Shown here piece by piece: positions 25,408-38,400 of a stretch of DNA of 64,000 nucleotides. The DNA is from Macrostomum lignano (lineage: Eukaryota), in contig NIVC01001231.1 of NCBI GenBank assembly GCA_002269645.1, forward strand, positions 79,440-143,439. Reading direction: 5' to 3'. Position numbers and translations under genes: made by a program. Position 1 is the stretch's first letter. The number at the start of each line of letters is the position of its first letter. Under the pieces are notes generated by a model. That model was given only the letters and a program-made list of their open reading frames with translations. It searched no databases and was not told the origin of the DNA.

Positions 25408-26437
25408 ATGAAGCTCGATTTCGGCAAGATTTTCTACCTACTCTGTCAACTCGCTCTCGCATCTGCCGACAAGTCGCAGAACCTCACCGGCTGCGGCCCG
25501 GACCCGAGCTACAAGCTGGCCGTCAACACGACGTACTGCGTGGGGCCCGAGTCTACAACTGCGGTGTCCGCCTGCGCCGCCATGGCCGCCTGCGCCAAGC
25601 TGGGGGAGAGTCTGCTCGGTCCAGCCGCTTACAATTCGTTGCGGAACTCCAAGATGACCAAGGACGCCTGGCTGGGCATCACGGATGCCGCTGTGGAGCG
25701 CGGCTCGAGTCCATCCGGTTGGCAACTTGTACCGGGATTGGAGCAGCTGGAGAACTTGGAGCTCTGGTCGGTTGAACAGCCGAATGGCGAGGGCGAGGAT
25801 CTGGATTGCGTGATCCACGTCGCCAAGGAGAACGGCCTGCACAACTACGAATGCAACGGAACCAAGCACTACCGATGCCAGAGGCCTGCTGGAGTCGATG
25901 CGGCTACTTTGACACCAAAAAGGTGGGAGCTACTTACGAATGACTAATTTTGGAAGTCATAAAACATTCGCACCAACCCGCTATGCACTGCAAGGTAAAA
26001 TTAGGGAAGCAATCGTAGCAACAGGTAAACATAGACCATGGGCTAACGGTACAATGCATTTGGTAGAAATTTTGTAGTCCCAAAAGTCCTCGGAAAATAC
26101 ACAGTATGATTTGATGCAATCTATGCAAACTACCGAGACCATTGCAAACTGCCACTTATACTGCAACAGCTACCAGCGGTTTTTCGACGCCCCAGTGCTG
26201 ACTTTCGCCCAAGACGCTCCCGGTTGCAACATCAAATCTGCAACGGCAGCCACCGCCATGCTCTGCGGTCTGAGCTGCTCAGAGAAGTTCGGATGTGTCG
26301 GCTTCTACCACAACGCTATTAGACAAGAGTGCCGTCTCCTGCTGTTCTTCGACGCGGCTCTGAAGCTGGACTATGATTCGGAGGCTGAAGAAGTCGCCTG
26401 GACGAAGATGCTGGCTTTTCCTCGGCCAAGCAATTGA
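25408..26437 (+). CDS. Secreted C-type lectin + PAN/apple-like protein, paralog 1 (exons 25408-25922, 26170-26437)
   Basis: Signal peptide, WLGITD, WSVEQPNG..DC..HNYEC...YRC; phase-2 intron; C-terminal C..CGLSC...CVGF...CRL pattern. Confidence 0.85.
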
Positions 26438-26571
26438 TTGATGAAGCCTTAGATGAAGCTGATCTTCAAAACGAACTTGAGTAACTTAGAGAGTTGAAAT
26501 ATTAACTAAAACATAGATTTAACAGCTGCTGTCATAGTGTTAGGCATGGACAACTGAATTGGATCAGGGAC

Positions 26572-26814
26572 GCTACACTAGATTTTCCTAGAAATCAGCT
26601 GGGGCGGGAAGGAGCGTACATTTTTCGCATTGCTAGTGCATTTGCGCTCGTAGAAAGCGCCCGTTAAATCAGATTTTCCACAGCGGATTTTTTCGACTGT
26701 ATTTGACCATGGCAAACCCCCATTCAGCAGTATGCGCCTTTCAGAGCAAATTAAATGTACTAGCAATGCGAAAAATATGCGTCCAAGCTCATTTCTAGGA
26801 AAATCGTGAGTAGC
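26572..26814. mobile_element. MITE-like inverted-repeat element
   Basis: Ends GCTACACTAGATTTTCCTAGAAAT..TTTTTCGCATTGCTAGT and a matching reverse complement. Confidence 0.7.
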
Positions 26815-27211
26815 ATCCTACCTTCCACTTCAGTAGCAGAAATATGTATTAGTTTTTATTTTATTAGTAAAAACTGTCGGTTCGAAATGACCTTCTGCCC
26901 TGAAATATACGCTTCGTTGGTAATAAAATTTCAATGATTAATTGATAACTGTGGATATAGGACACTAAGACGCGGTTTAATCTCAACCGAATAGCAGAAA
27001 AGACAGAACAGAACTATGAGTCAGTCCTTCTATAGTAACAAACTTGCGAACAAAGCATCACCATCACCACCCAGTGCTAAGAAATTATTAGGATTGAGTT
27101 TATCTGTCAAACTCAGTTTAGCTATAAGAGTGATTTTATTTGCCAATTGAGATTTGCACGAGTTCTTAATTTAGCTGTTCAGATTTCGTCCATTCACCAA
27201 TGCCGGCTGTG

Positions 27212-28412
27212 TCACATATGGACGGCAATTTTCTTAATCCAAGCAGCCTGCTCAGCCGGCGAGCTGTAACTGAGGCTGACAGCCGCGTCCATGTACAGCA
27301 GCAGCACGCACTCCCTGCGGGTTGCGGCAGAGTGCAGGAATTATGCATGATGCATGTAAAAGCTTCTGAGATGAGATTCAGACCCCGGTGAGATGGAAAA
27401 CTAAGGTTGAAGGGCTCCATACTCGATTTTCCCAGAATCAGTCCCTAGGAACCACAGCCAATAGCGTTGTTTATCGTACCGGCGCAGCGGGTTGAAGTAG
27501 AAGCCAACGCAGCCGAGCTTCTCCCGGCACTCGCCAGCGCAAAGCAGCTCAATCGGCAGCTCCAGTGCGATCTTTTCTGTGCACCCGACGGCTCCCTGCG
27601 TGAAGTCGACGACTGGACTTTCTACGAACAGCTCGTAGTGAGCCGGCACGGGTCGCTCGTCTCCCATCGGGTGCTCGCACCTGCAGGCGATTGTAGCAGT
27701 GCATCCAGCGTCGTGCAGCTTCTTTGTGGTCGGGTTGTGATTTACGCAGTCCTCGATGGAGGTGCCGTCCGGCTGGCCAGTGTTCCAGAGATCCGTCAGG
27801 GTGAGCAGCGAGCCGGCACGGTTGGGTACGACCTGATAGAAGCATTGAGTAGGTTGCGAGTTCTGTTGGATATAGCGAGAAAATTAAACATCCTAAGTGA
27901 TTCTTGGGAACGGAAATATTAGCTTAGGCAAAACTCATATTGAATTCTCACACAGTTCCATAGGGTTAACAGGAGAAAACCAAGACGTAGAGAGGTGGCA
28001 AGTTTGATCATTACCCGCTTTCGAACCGCCCTTTTTTATTATCCGCTTTTGCCCTATGAACATCTTTTTATGATTAATTTATAGACGTACTTGTGAACTG
28101 CTGTGTAATCTTTAGCTATCCAAAAAGCCACACCTGCCATCCGGTGGGACTCGAGCCTCGCTCGACCAGCTGGTCGTTGATGCCGGTCCAAACTTCTCCG
28201 AGGCTGAGCCGAACTGCCGCGTACGTGTCGGGCTGCAGAATTCGCTGGCCCAGCTGGGCGCAGGTTTTCAGGCACTGGCAATAGTTGACGTCGGTAGCCA
28301 CTGAGCCGCTGAGGCAGGTGGTCAGGTTCGGAGCGGCCGTGTAGCCCGACGGGCAGGATGGCTGGACCGGCTGCAGCAGAGACAGAGAGCAAAGTGCCAG
28401 GAGCAGCAGCAT
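27212..28412 (-). CDS. Secreted C-type lectin + PAN/apple-like protein, paralog 2 (exons 28412-28134, 27832-27480, 27314-27212)
   Basis: Signal peptide, VWTGIND..VERGSSPTGWQ (shared with paralog 1), WNTGQPDG..EDC..LHDAGC, CAGECREKLGCVGFYFN, ECVLLLYMDAA; splice phases are consistent. Confidence 0.85.
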
Positions 28413-28576
28413 GGTTTGGCTGGGAATTGCTTCACTGCAGGATTGTTGCGCGCAAAGTAGTCTGGCTGGGCTAAGCTCTGGGCTCGGGAAGACTTAATAT
28501 AGGCAAAGCCTGGCTGGTGCAGCGGAAAAACAGCAGGGAGGCGCAGCGTCATTATTTTTCAAACAAAGGGCTCCTC

Positions 28577-29217
28577 TTGACTTACTTGACTTAGCTGCAG
28601 GGCTGTCCCGAAGGGGACACAGCGGGAAGGCGCGGGCGCCCATTCCGCTAGTCCCTGAACGGCCGACGCGTCGCTATGGACGGAGGGTTGGCGCCGCCCA
28701 GGGAGGTCCCCCAGTGTCGCCAGCAGCTATGGTGCTCTCTGGAAAGGAGAGTTCAGCCCTGCGGGTGGCCCGAAGGTAGCGCATGAGCTGATTAAAGTTT
28801 TCGGGTTTGCACGCTTCAGTAATAGATGTGTGTGGCCCGAGGTAAGTGAGTCTGGCCCGCGTGAAGGCGGGACAGATGCTGACGAAATGCTCAGCGGTTT
28901 CGTCACCTGAGTTGCAGAAGCTACAGGTGGCGTTGGTGGCGTTGCCCTGCAGGTACTGGTGCCTGGAGAAGCAGCCGTGACCAGAGAGGGTCATGGTGGC
29001 AGCCCGGATGTCTCTGCGCGAGAGGCGCAAGAGGAGCTTCCGGAGCTGGTGAGAGGGCTGAGGGACAGCGTCTCTGGATTGCCTGCAGTTCGTGCGGTTC
29101 GCCCAAGTCGAGCGGTGCTGAGTCCTGATCCACGCTTTGATGCGCGAGTCGATGACACAGCCAGGAATCGGGACAAGAGGTTCGGGGCCGAGAGAGGAGC
29201 CGGAGGCACCAACTTCA
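28577..29217 (-). mobile_element. 5'-truncated non-LTR retrotransposon (R1/LOA/I-like C-terminal CCHC region)
   Basis: LSGHGCFSRH..CSFCNSGDETAEHFVSICPAF..R; 3' tail (TAAGTCAAG)x2; candidate 7-bp TSD GCTCCTC at 28570-28576 and 29218-29224. Confidence 0.8.
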
Positions 29218-29939
29218 GCTCCTCAGCTCCTCAGGCTAATTTTACATGATCGATTGCTAAAACTTTGGATTCCCATTTTCAGATGCAGCTTCCAATTTTC
29301 TCAGGCAGCTTACAGAAGAGAACAATAGGTGCAAACCACTGAGAGGGTTCTGAGTTATGCTGTTGAGAATTCACAACTGAATGCACACGGCAACCACGCA
29401 GGCAAGCCAAGGCATCCTGGTGGCAAAAAAGGAATGCGACAAAACACAGCAGCAGCTGCAAGGCGCACTGCAAGCATCGCAGGCAGCTCCAGATCCTTTT
29501 GGGATGAAACAAAAATTCTGAGCTTAATTTTTCATGCTCTCCATTTTCTTACTCTAACTCGCTGGCACTGTAAAACACAAATGCCAAGCTTTCAGCCACC
29601 CTTAAGCCATACTGAGCCTAGTACTCGTATCTATGCGCTGGAAGTTCATCTAATTTTCATTTTGAAGTTTCTCATTTTGAAGCAGCTTCAGACAAAAACT
29701 TAGCAATATTCTTTCCTTGCTACTTTAAGTAATCGGCGATTTAATTTTGAAATACAGTTAGTTTGTGCCTATTTTAGCCTTGCGTATACAGTGATGCTGC
29801 TTAAGCTGAAGACATCAAGTTGGTTTTCAAGTTCGAGTGTATTAAAAACTTACAAGGAGCTGCAAAGACTCGATTAAAGAAAATTGAAAATTCTAACGAT
29901 AAAAATGTCAGGGCCGCTTTACACTCCCGTGTGAGTGTG

Positions 29940-30340
29940 CACCTGTGCGTATGACTGCGTACGTATACGCGCGCTGGTGTGCCTGCTCAGGGGAGTCGGT
30001 GGAATGGGCAGCAATGCCTCCCGCCGGTGGTGTGACAATGTCGCATCAACTTGCGCCAGGGTGCACGCAGCCCCTGCTTCTAATACTCGTAAAACAAGTG
30101 TGAGAGCCTTCCGGCAGTCGGTGATCTGGACCGTCCTGCTGTACAACGTCGAGGAAGCAGACGCTGACCTGCTGCGCGCCGCATTCAAGATCGGCTACGA
30201 GCGAGTCACCAACGCGACACTCGATCGCTGCGCCGACCTGGTTCATCTAAGCGACCTGTTGTGCCGTCGGCGACACCAGCTAAGCAGGCCACGTCATCGT
30301 GTCGCACTGCCCATGAGCCGGTGCACCAGAATTTGACGGT
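29940..30340 (+). mobile_element. Degraded RTE-like LINE fragment (post-RT region)
   Basis: SNTRKTSVRAFRQSVIWTVLLY..LLRAAFKIGYERVTNATL..RRRHQL resembles the RTE C-terminal consensus. Confidence 0.55.
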
Positions 30341-30718
30341 GGAGCTTTGAGTTCTTACGCACAGTGCTAATTTTGTCTCCTATGATTGCTTCTTTGCTAG
30401 AATTCGATGTCTTCCTTTTTTTCCGTTGCATCTTGAGCGCCTTGCACACCCCACAGCCCACCTGGTAAAAATTAATTATAAAACAAGGAATATCACACTA
30501 AGCGCTTCTCCGTTACACGGGTTAGGGTTATGGTTTGGGTTGAGGTAAACTTTCACTATATTTATCTGATGTAATAGAAAGTTTTCTGCATGACATAAGA
30601 ACTTACGACTAGCTCACTTTTGCTATTCTCACAATGCAAGTGCCAATCCCTGTAAGTACCAAATATTACGATATTATAAAACGTTGTATCATTGTGACAG
30701 TCATTAAAAATCCAAAGA

Positions 30719-31042
30719 TTTCTCAGAGATTCGAGGCAATTTTCTTAATCGAAGCCATCTCAGCATCCGACTTGTACGGAAGCTCTACTGCAGCATCAAA
30801 GCACGCAGCGGGTTGAAGTAGAAGCCAACGCAGTCGAGCTTCTCCCGGCACTCGCGAGCGCAAAGCAGCTCCATCGGCAGCTCCAGCGCGATCTTTTCTG
30901 TGCACCCGACGGCTCCCTGCGTGAAGTCGACGACTGGACTTTCTACGAACACTTCAGGCAGGTGGTCAGATACGGAGCGGCGTGTAGCCCGACGGCAGGA
31001 TGGCTGCAGCAGAGACAGAGAGCAAAGTGCCAGGAGCAGCAA
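30719..31042 (-). pseudogene. Third CTL/PAN paralog, internally deleted, start codon lost
   Basis: Near-identical to paralog 2 in the signal peptide and PAN segments; ATG replaced, CTL domain removed, frameshifts. Confidence 0.85.
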
Positions 31043-32490
31043 GGCTTGGCTGGGAATTGCTTGCAGGTGCCTGCTCAGTCAGCCTCGGACACGCATTTTG
31101 CTTTTACATTCATTACTCAAAGCCAACCTGTGGTTCCCAGGCAACCAACTGGGTTGGTAAATTGGTAAATTGAAAACAAAAAGTTAGGAGAAATTCAAGT
31201 GTCGCTCATTCAGTCAACGATCCAAGGGCATAAGTTAGAGTGCAGAAGAGCTCCTAAGTGTATTGAAGATCTTCACTGTTCTTGGATTTTTCAGAAGCTC
31301 TTGTTAAATATTTCAGAACCACTTAAAGAAGAAAAGTAATGCAGGTAGGGCTGATGAGAATTTCTAATTCTACGAAGTATGCTTCAGATTCACCTTTGGA
31401 GCAATTTTCATTGAAATATTCTCTAAGAAATCCATTCTCACTCAGTTTTGTTGTCCATTGATTGCATTCAAACGCGGTGTTGGGTTGCAGACACAAACGC
31501 TTCTATTTCTGAATGCAAGTTTAGCATTATCGGCATGAGATGTGAGGACACGACGATATCTCAGCTGCGAGAGGTGGTGTGGAGCTCAAAAACATCTGTC
31601 CTACTCAACGGTGCCAAGGCCGGCTCAATGGTTGCACATGTATTCCATGCTCCATGAGTGGTGCAATGGGAACTCAGCCAGTGAACTAACTAGTCCAGGC
31701 CGCGTGATTCTGATATGGCTGTTAATTTATAAAAGTGACCTGATGCGGTTGGAAGGCATTCGAGTCTTCGCGGATTTGACGCACGTCTTTTGCAATTTGG
31801 TTAGTACTGCATGACGACTGTTAAAAACTTGGTTGGCCAAAATTCAAGCAATGCATCATATCAAACCCTTCTTACTATCCATAAGTAGTAATATACGCTT
31901 GATAAAAATGTAACAGCTTTGACTGCATTTCAACGCATCATTCTTAGCAAATAAACTCCGGCACTCTTGATCCTGCGGTTGCTACTCAAGGATTAATCTC
32001 GCAGTTGAATTCTTGATCCATGCGTCTCAAGGGTCACAGCAGTCCCCAAGCCAATTTTGCTGGTGTTTTCATTCATTTGTTGTCCCTTCTGGCTTTCTGA
32101 TGCCCAGGGGCATTGAGGGGGCAGAGAAATTCGAATAGGACCAAAGTTTCTGGTGCTCCATTTGAAATTTTCTAACCTTGTAAGAATAAATTTTCCAATG
32201 CGTATGACTTGCGGTCGGATTAATTAAACCCGTGGCATGTATCGGACTTGCGCCGTATTTCTGCGGAAATATACTTTACAAAACGTGAGTAAACTGAGAC
32301 GGAGAAGCACTAGGTTTCTCAATGGCGTAGTCTTCCTTCACTCGAGACATTGGGATATGTATATTTCGGGCGCGTCATTTCGAATCTTCTTGACTTTAAT
32401 GTTCTTTCTTTGGGTCTAGTAGTGTTCAGAGTTATCATTTGAGTGCGCTGTTTCTCATGAACATTTTGGGTTATTTAGAAATGCTCATTT

Positions 32491-32871
32491 CTAAAACAGC
32501 AGCGGGTCGTATCGCTTCCGGAAAAGAAGCGGGTCGTATCGCTTCCGGAAAAGCAACGGGTCGTATCGCTTCATAGACAGCAGTGGGTCGAACCTCTTCA
32601 TGGACAGCAGTGGGTCGAACCTCTTCATGGACAGCAGTGGGTCGAACCTCTTCATGGAAAGCAGTGGGTCGAACCTCTTCATGGACAGCAGTGGGTCGAA
32701 CCTCTTCATGGACAGCAGTGGGTCGAACCTCTTCATGGACAGCAGTGGGTCGAACCTCTTCATAGACAGCAGTGGGTCGAACCTCTTCGTGGATAGCAGT
32801 GGGTCAAACTTCTTTGTCTTTGATAAACTGGACTTATCGGAGTGGTGTCGAGCACCATATTCTTTCGGAGC
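32491..32871 (-). CDS. Probable last exon of a neuropeptide prohormone (12 KR/KK-flanked FDPLLS(T/M) and YDPLLF peptides)
   Basis: The 27-bp repeat reads KK-FDPLLST, 8x KR-FDPLLSM, 2x KR-YDPLLFR, KR-YDPLLF-stop. Many unit differences are synonymous. Strong acceptor TTTTTTTCTTGCACACCGCAG at 32873/32872. Signal-peptide exon not resolved. Confidence 0.75.
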   Translation of the reverse strand, partial: APKEYGARHHSDKSSLSKTKKFDPLLSTKRFDPLLSMKRFDPLLSMKRFDPLLSMKRFDPLLSMKRFDPLLSMKRFDPLLSMKRFDPLLSMKRFDPLLSMKRYDPLLFRKRYDPLLFRKRYDPLLF

Positions 32872-35800
32872 CTGCGGTGTGCAAGAAAAAAAACAGTCCA
32901 TTAATATTTATTATGAGAAGTAGTAAATAAAAGCTACTGAGGGAAGAGCACATCGGTGCTCAGACCCGATCTCATGCGAAATCCGAGTCCAATCAATCCG
33001 CCGAGAAGCAGATCGATGGTCAAACTGAATGGAGCTGCAACAGCGGCAGCTGAGCCGTGACTACTGATAAGCCGATGGAAGGAAATTTAAACCCTACCGT
33101 CGCTCCCCAACGCCCAACGGACCACGCAGTGGGAGCTAGCTGGGGAGCGCTCTTCAGAATATCGACCCTTCGGGGGATCCCATCGACCCTCGAGATGAGT
33201 CCCCAAGACGCTCCACTATAATCACTACCAACCGAAGCAATTAATTTTTTCGCTCTGACGGTTCAGGGTCGCAGAGTAAAATTGAGCAATGAAAATTGAA
33301 GCGCCGTACCGCGAAGGCTTCACTGGCAGCCAGGCTGCCGATCAGAAGGCACCAAAGTAGCGATCTGCCCATGGCGAGCTCGGCGTCAGGAGTACCCAGC
33401 TAGTCGGTGCGAGACGCAGCGCTTCTAATTAGGCTCTGAAAAAAATGATGCAGCGAGGTTGGCTGTGTTGGAATATTTCTCTGGAACACTGCAGCTGCCG
33501 ACTAAGAAGGCTTAAAAGGAAAGGATGGGTTTGAGAGAGACGCCAGGAGCAGACGATCCATCAACCTCTGAAAGAACCTTGCTGAGCCAGCCGCAGCTGC
33601 TAGAGATTAGAAAAACAGTTTCCATTCGTTCCATAATCTTTATTTTCCTTGTGCACACGCTGTGCTCACGTGCGCCATCTGATTGAGCCATGAGCTTGAG
33701 CTTTAATTAATTTGGACGAAAAAAGCAGAACAAAGATTTACAAATCAAACATGATATGGCAATATTGATCTTGTATGAGCAAATCTTCAACCCTGCGATT
33801 GCATGAAGACTGAGAAGGGCCTTTGATGCTGCAGTGATGAGTATAAATTCTGAGCCAGGCTAAATTAATTTACTCACCAAAGGGCTTGGCAGCAGGGACC
33901 TTCAAGCTACGAGCAAAAGCTTTTCGGGGATGAGTCGTGAGTATAGGGGACCAAAGCACCGCAAGCCTTCCCTGCCGTCAAAGACGAAGCTTAAATGATG
34001 GGTCTTCGCCGCCAGTGAGAGGCGTCCCCGCCCCGGAAAGGGTGAAAGAGAGCCTCGTGTCTCTGAATAGTGGGAGCGCAGAGCCAATCGGGGGGATCGT
34101 GAATGGAAGACGGTCGACAAACGGACGAAGCCTCTGCCGTGTTTGAGTTGGCGAGACTCAGCCAACAATCTTGACCCGTCTGCTCCCATTAGGGAGAATC
34201 CAGAAAGTGGAAGTTGGCAGGGAAGAAAGCAATGCGAAAGAGGAACCAGAGAGTCGAACGTCGATTCGGCATTCGAAAAGTAAAGCAGCAGGGAGAGCAG
34301 GCTGCTGCCTCCGCCACTCCACGAGTTCTTTTCAAGCCCTCCGTCAAGCCTCTTGTGACTTTCTAATAGCGGAACAAGCATTAGCTGTCAGGGGAAAGCC
34401 AACTGGGAAGCAAATTGTTGACTTGCCGCTCCGAAAGAAAAAGATCGGTCGAATTTTTTTGTTTTGGTTCGATTCCCCTGAGTCGCTTTGAGCCAACTGG
34501 CAACAGCCAAGGCTGATCGCAGTTGCCCTTAATTCTCTCCGATGAGTTCCAACATGAGTTGGAAGCCTTCTGCAGTCATCGAGGCACTGAAAGTGTGTCA
34601 TTGTTAGGAGCTAGTTTCAGCGTTGCAACCATATAATGCTTGGAAAAATATAGCAAACAATGTCTAGCTACCAGCCAATTTAACTCCATTGATGGACAGA
34701 ATCAATGCTGGCAACAATAGCACAGTCATCCTTGAAAACTAACTGAAATTGCCTGTGCCCATTGTGATAAGAGCTTTTTGACTGTTTTTCATGCTGCTAT
34801 GAGAGTAGTGCCTCAAAAAGTCTTCCAAATAATAGACAGAAAAATGGACAAAACCTATGGACTAGCTTTCCCAAATATAGCTCGCTTTTAGAAGCAAGCA
34901 TTTTAACAAACAATGAGACCAATGACAGTCTTAGTGAAGCACAGCAAGCATTTTTCAGTAGAATGGTTATTTGTTTTGCAAAATTAGAAACTCTAAGCAA
35001 TGCATTTTGAAGTGTTTGTGAAGTGAATTTTTAGATGTTTCATGCTCACTAGATACTGTACCGCATCGACTCGGGATTAACGCTGGATAAGTCTCTTTCC
35101 AAAATCCGAAGGTTTTCCCCTAGCTACCTACATATACCTGTGAGGCCGCACTCAAATGTGAGTTCGTATATGTAGGACTTCATTAACTCTGGCATCTGCC
35201 AACTCCAGCCTTAATGCTCAGTTCAGTCATCATACATCACGGGCCTCTCGGCGTGTCCGCCCTTGTAAATTATTCATGTTGATGCAGTGAATGAAGCCAG
35301 ATACTTTGCTGCTCGAAGTTAATAAGCAGGGATTTTTCCTCTGTGGATGCTTGCTTGGGGGTAAAGCACGAGGGGTTAACTGCATCAACATAAGACTTTT
35401 AAAAGTAGCATTGAACGTTCTTTGCAGATGGATATTTTCAGGTGGTGCTAAAATCAAAAAGTTTTGCAACGGGCCTTACATAAAGCGACGTGCTGCGGTA
35501 TTCCTGTACATGGATCTAAGTGAGTTTGCTTAAGACCGATGATTGTTGTACTTCTAAAAATTTGTTCTGAAACAGTTTAAACGCTATAGTTGAGAGAAAG
35601 CGCACGATTTCAACCGCTCGAGTTGAGTATATTGGTGTCAAAGATCAATTTGTTGCTTATTGCTATTTACAGCAATATCAAGCCTGGAACTTGTCCAGAC
35701 GACTTTCAGTTGCTATTGCATGATTGCGGGGTCGCGTGCGTTTGGTTTGAATCGCGTCGCAATAAAGCACAGTTTGTTTAATTGTAAAATCCTCGCGATA

Positions 35801-36330
35801 GAGACGTCGCGGCAGAATTCAATTGCTTCAAAGGGATTATTGAGTCTGCCTCAGGCCTCGGTGGTTAAGCTCTGGAGCCGGCCGACCCATTTCAAAATAC
35901 GTTTTTTATGGTAGAGGAAAATTCTCAATCTTATATTGATTGCGTGTCTGATTGAGGGCTGATTCTGGGCCCTGGGGAGTAACAGACTGACTGGGTGAGA
36001 CTGAATGCCCAGGTAAGTATCCTTGAACGAAAATAGGATACATGCTAATAGGGTCAGAGCAGCTCATAGGTAAAACGCTTCTGATTGATTCCGTGCGCAG
36101 GCACATTCATTTGGAGCTTAGGTGCACGAAATTTGACGAGCCACCCTGTGCGAGCGTGTTTATGAGTGCTGTGCCTGTGTACAGTATTGGCGCGCGTGTA
36201 ATGTGTTCAGGAGTCAGCGGATGGCAAAATTGCCTCAGCGCTGGTTTTGGGACGATGTTGCCAGAGGCGTAGCGCCAGTGTGTCTACAATAATCCTCCTG
36301 AATATGGCGGCGGTCGATTGATTCGGATGC

Positions 36331-36492
36331 TACTTTTACATGTAGGACAGATTATCGCAGGTCAAATTGCAGTGGTTCCGAACTGTACTTTAACATGTAG
36401 GACACATTATCGCAGGTAAAATTGCAGTGGTTCCGAACTGTACTTTTACATGTAGGACACATTATTGCAGGTAAAATTGCAGTGATTCCGAG
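36331..36492. repeat. 55-bp tandem repeat, about 3 copies
   Basis: TACTTTTACATGTAGGACACATTATCGCAGGTAAAATTGCAGTGGTTCCGAACTG. Confidence 0.85.
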
Positions 36493-38400
36493 CTATATGT
36501 TTATAGAGGCTGGAAATTTAATTTGCCTAAAGCGTAAAAATTAATTACAAGGCCAAATCTCTTTAAAACTGCAGATGAGTTTGTCGCATCAAGTAAAACA
36601 AGCCTTCAGTGTAGCCTGTGAAGCACATTAGACAAAGTCGCGGTAACTTTATCCCATTATAAAAGCTGTAATAACAACGCGAGACAGCTAGGCATCCAAC
36701 ATCTGCCTGGCTCGATGCCTTAAATAATAAATCTTTAATAATGCCAAGATTCCGAATGCAAAGCAACGGAGAGGGAAAACTGATCCGAGTTTGATCATGA
36801 CTAGAAAATAGATTTTCCCACGCCTGCATTAAGGCTTCTTGCTTGATGAAAGAATTTGAGCTTGAGAACTAAAGACTTGTTGAGGCCTTCTTCGACACAG
36901 ACCAAATGAAATTCAAGTCAATGGGAAATGCATAATCCAACCTCAATTTTTGTGTTCTACACTGTTTAGTGATCGATTTTTAAATTGAATCTCGCTTCCA
37001 GTTTTCCTGTTATTAGGATAGCGGGAATAAAAGCAACTGCATAGGAAACTTTGCCAACATTTCTCATCAAAGTTTCATGCCACAAACGATGATCCGGTTT
37101 CATTCTTCGTATGAGGGAGCACGGAAACAGAAGACCGTCAACTCGGCTGTTACACTTCATGGCCACCCTGCTAAATAAAACAAGGCAAACTATTTCTCTG
37201 TAAGGTAGTTCTGCCACGCTAGAGTGCCGAACTATATACTTTGTTCATGACCCGGTAATATTTACTGCTCCTGCAATATTATGCAGGGCGACTTTATTGC
37301 TGTACTGCACACTGCGGCTTCATGACGCCTCTCCTGTCTGCCTTCATCTGTTCTACCGCGCTTTTATGTTCATACAATTTACGAGTTAATAACCTAATTG
37401 CCGCCGAATATACACTCAACAACATTGAAAAGTCGCCCCTCTATGAGCAATTCTAAAATAAAAGATACGAGAAAATTGAGGGGCAGCTTCAATCCGTCCA
37501 ACCCTCGCACACCGCTCCCCCAACTTCATTCCTCAACTTAAGTCTGTCGCGCGGCGTAGCTAAGTTGCGTCCCTCGCAAGATTGAGAGACTTCACCTGCA
37601 CTCACAAAAGTGGCGACCACAGACGGAATCTGCTGTGATGGCGACTTTTCGATGTTGCTGAGTATACACTTCAGCTCGTATAGACACTGCGTGGCCAATC
37701 CTTGACGGTTTTAGACCCCTATTTATTAGCCGAACTCAAAGAACCAAACCTTTAATAAATACGCTGGTATTTCCTATTAGCAGAAATCAACACCACTTGT
37801 GTGTACTATTTCATTATCTGAAATAAATGAGCTACTTGAGCCGTACTACTTGACTATCTGACAATCGCTCAACAATCTAACCCCCTTCCCCCCAACAATT
37901 CCCCCAGCCATCCCCCATGAGCCTTGATATCTCAACAATTTCCCCAGTAGGCCTTGATGGGATCAGTTATACTCGAAGCAGTTTTTACAAATCAGTTTTT
38001 ACAAGGGATTTGAGGGTCACGGCGTCAGTTTTCTTGTAAAATAACTAAGTCAGTTAAGAACTAAGACTTAATTTTTTTCTGTTACAAAAATTCAGCTAAT
38101 TTGGATCCAGCTTTTTTAAAGGATCGTCTTTTTACCTGCCGATTTACGTGATTTACGTGATTACGTAACGGAGCCAGCCGACCATGGATGGGGTGCGAAG
38201 CTGGTGCAGAAGTGGACTGCGAGTCCGCTCGCAGTTAAAAATCGCAGCAGTTTCTTGTAACGCAGTTATTGCGAAATCGCAGTTTCGCAGTTAAACCGCT
38301 CGCAGTTTCCCTTCGAAACAGCAGCATACAGTACTACTGTACACACTCTGTAGCCAGTGAGTACTTGCGGTCTGAGCTGTTACTAGAGACCGCAACAAAG

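Noticed and set aside
32940-34600. GC-rich segment with several short ORFs, possibly an LTR or middle exons of the prohormone gene
   Set aside because: No recognisable domain, and no phase-compatible middle exon could be fixed.
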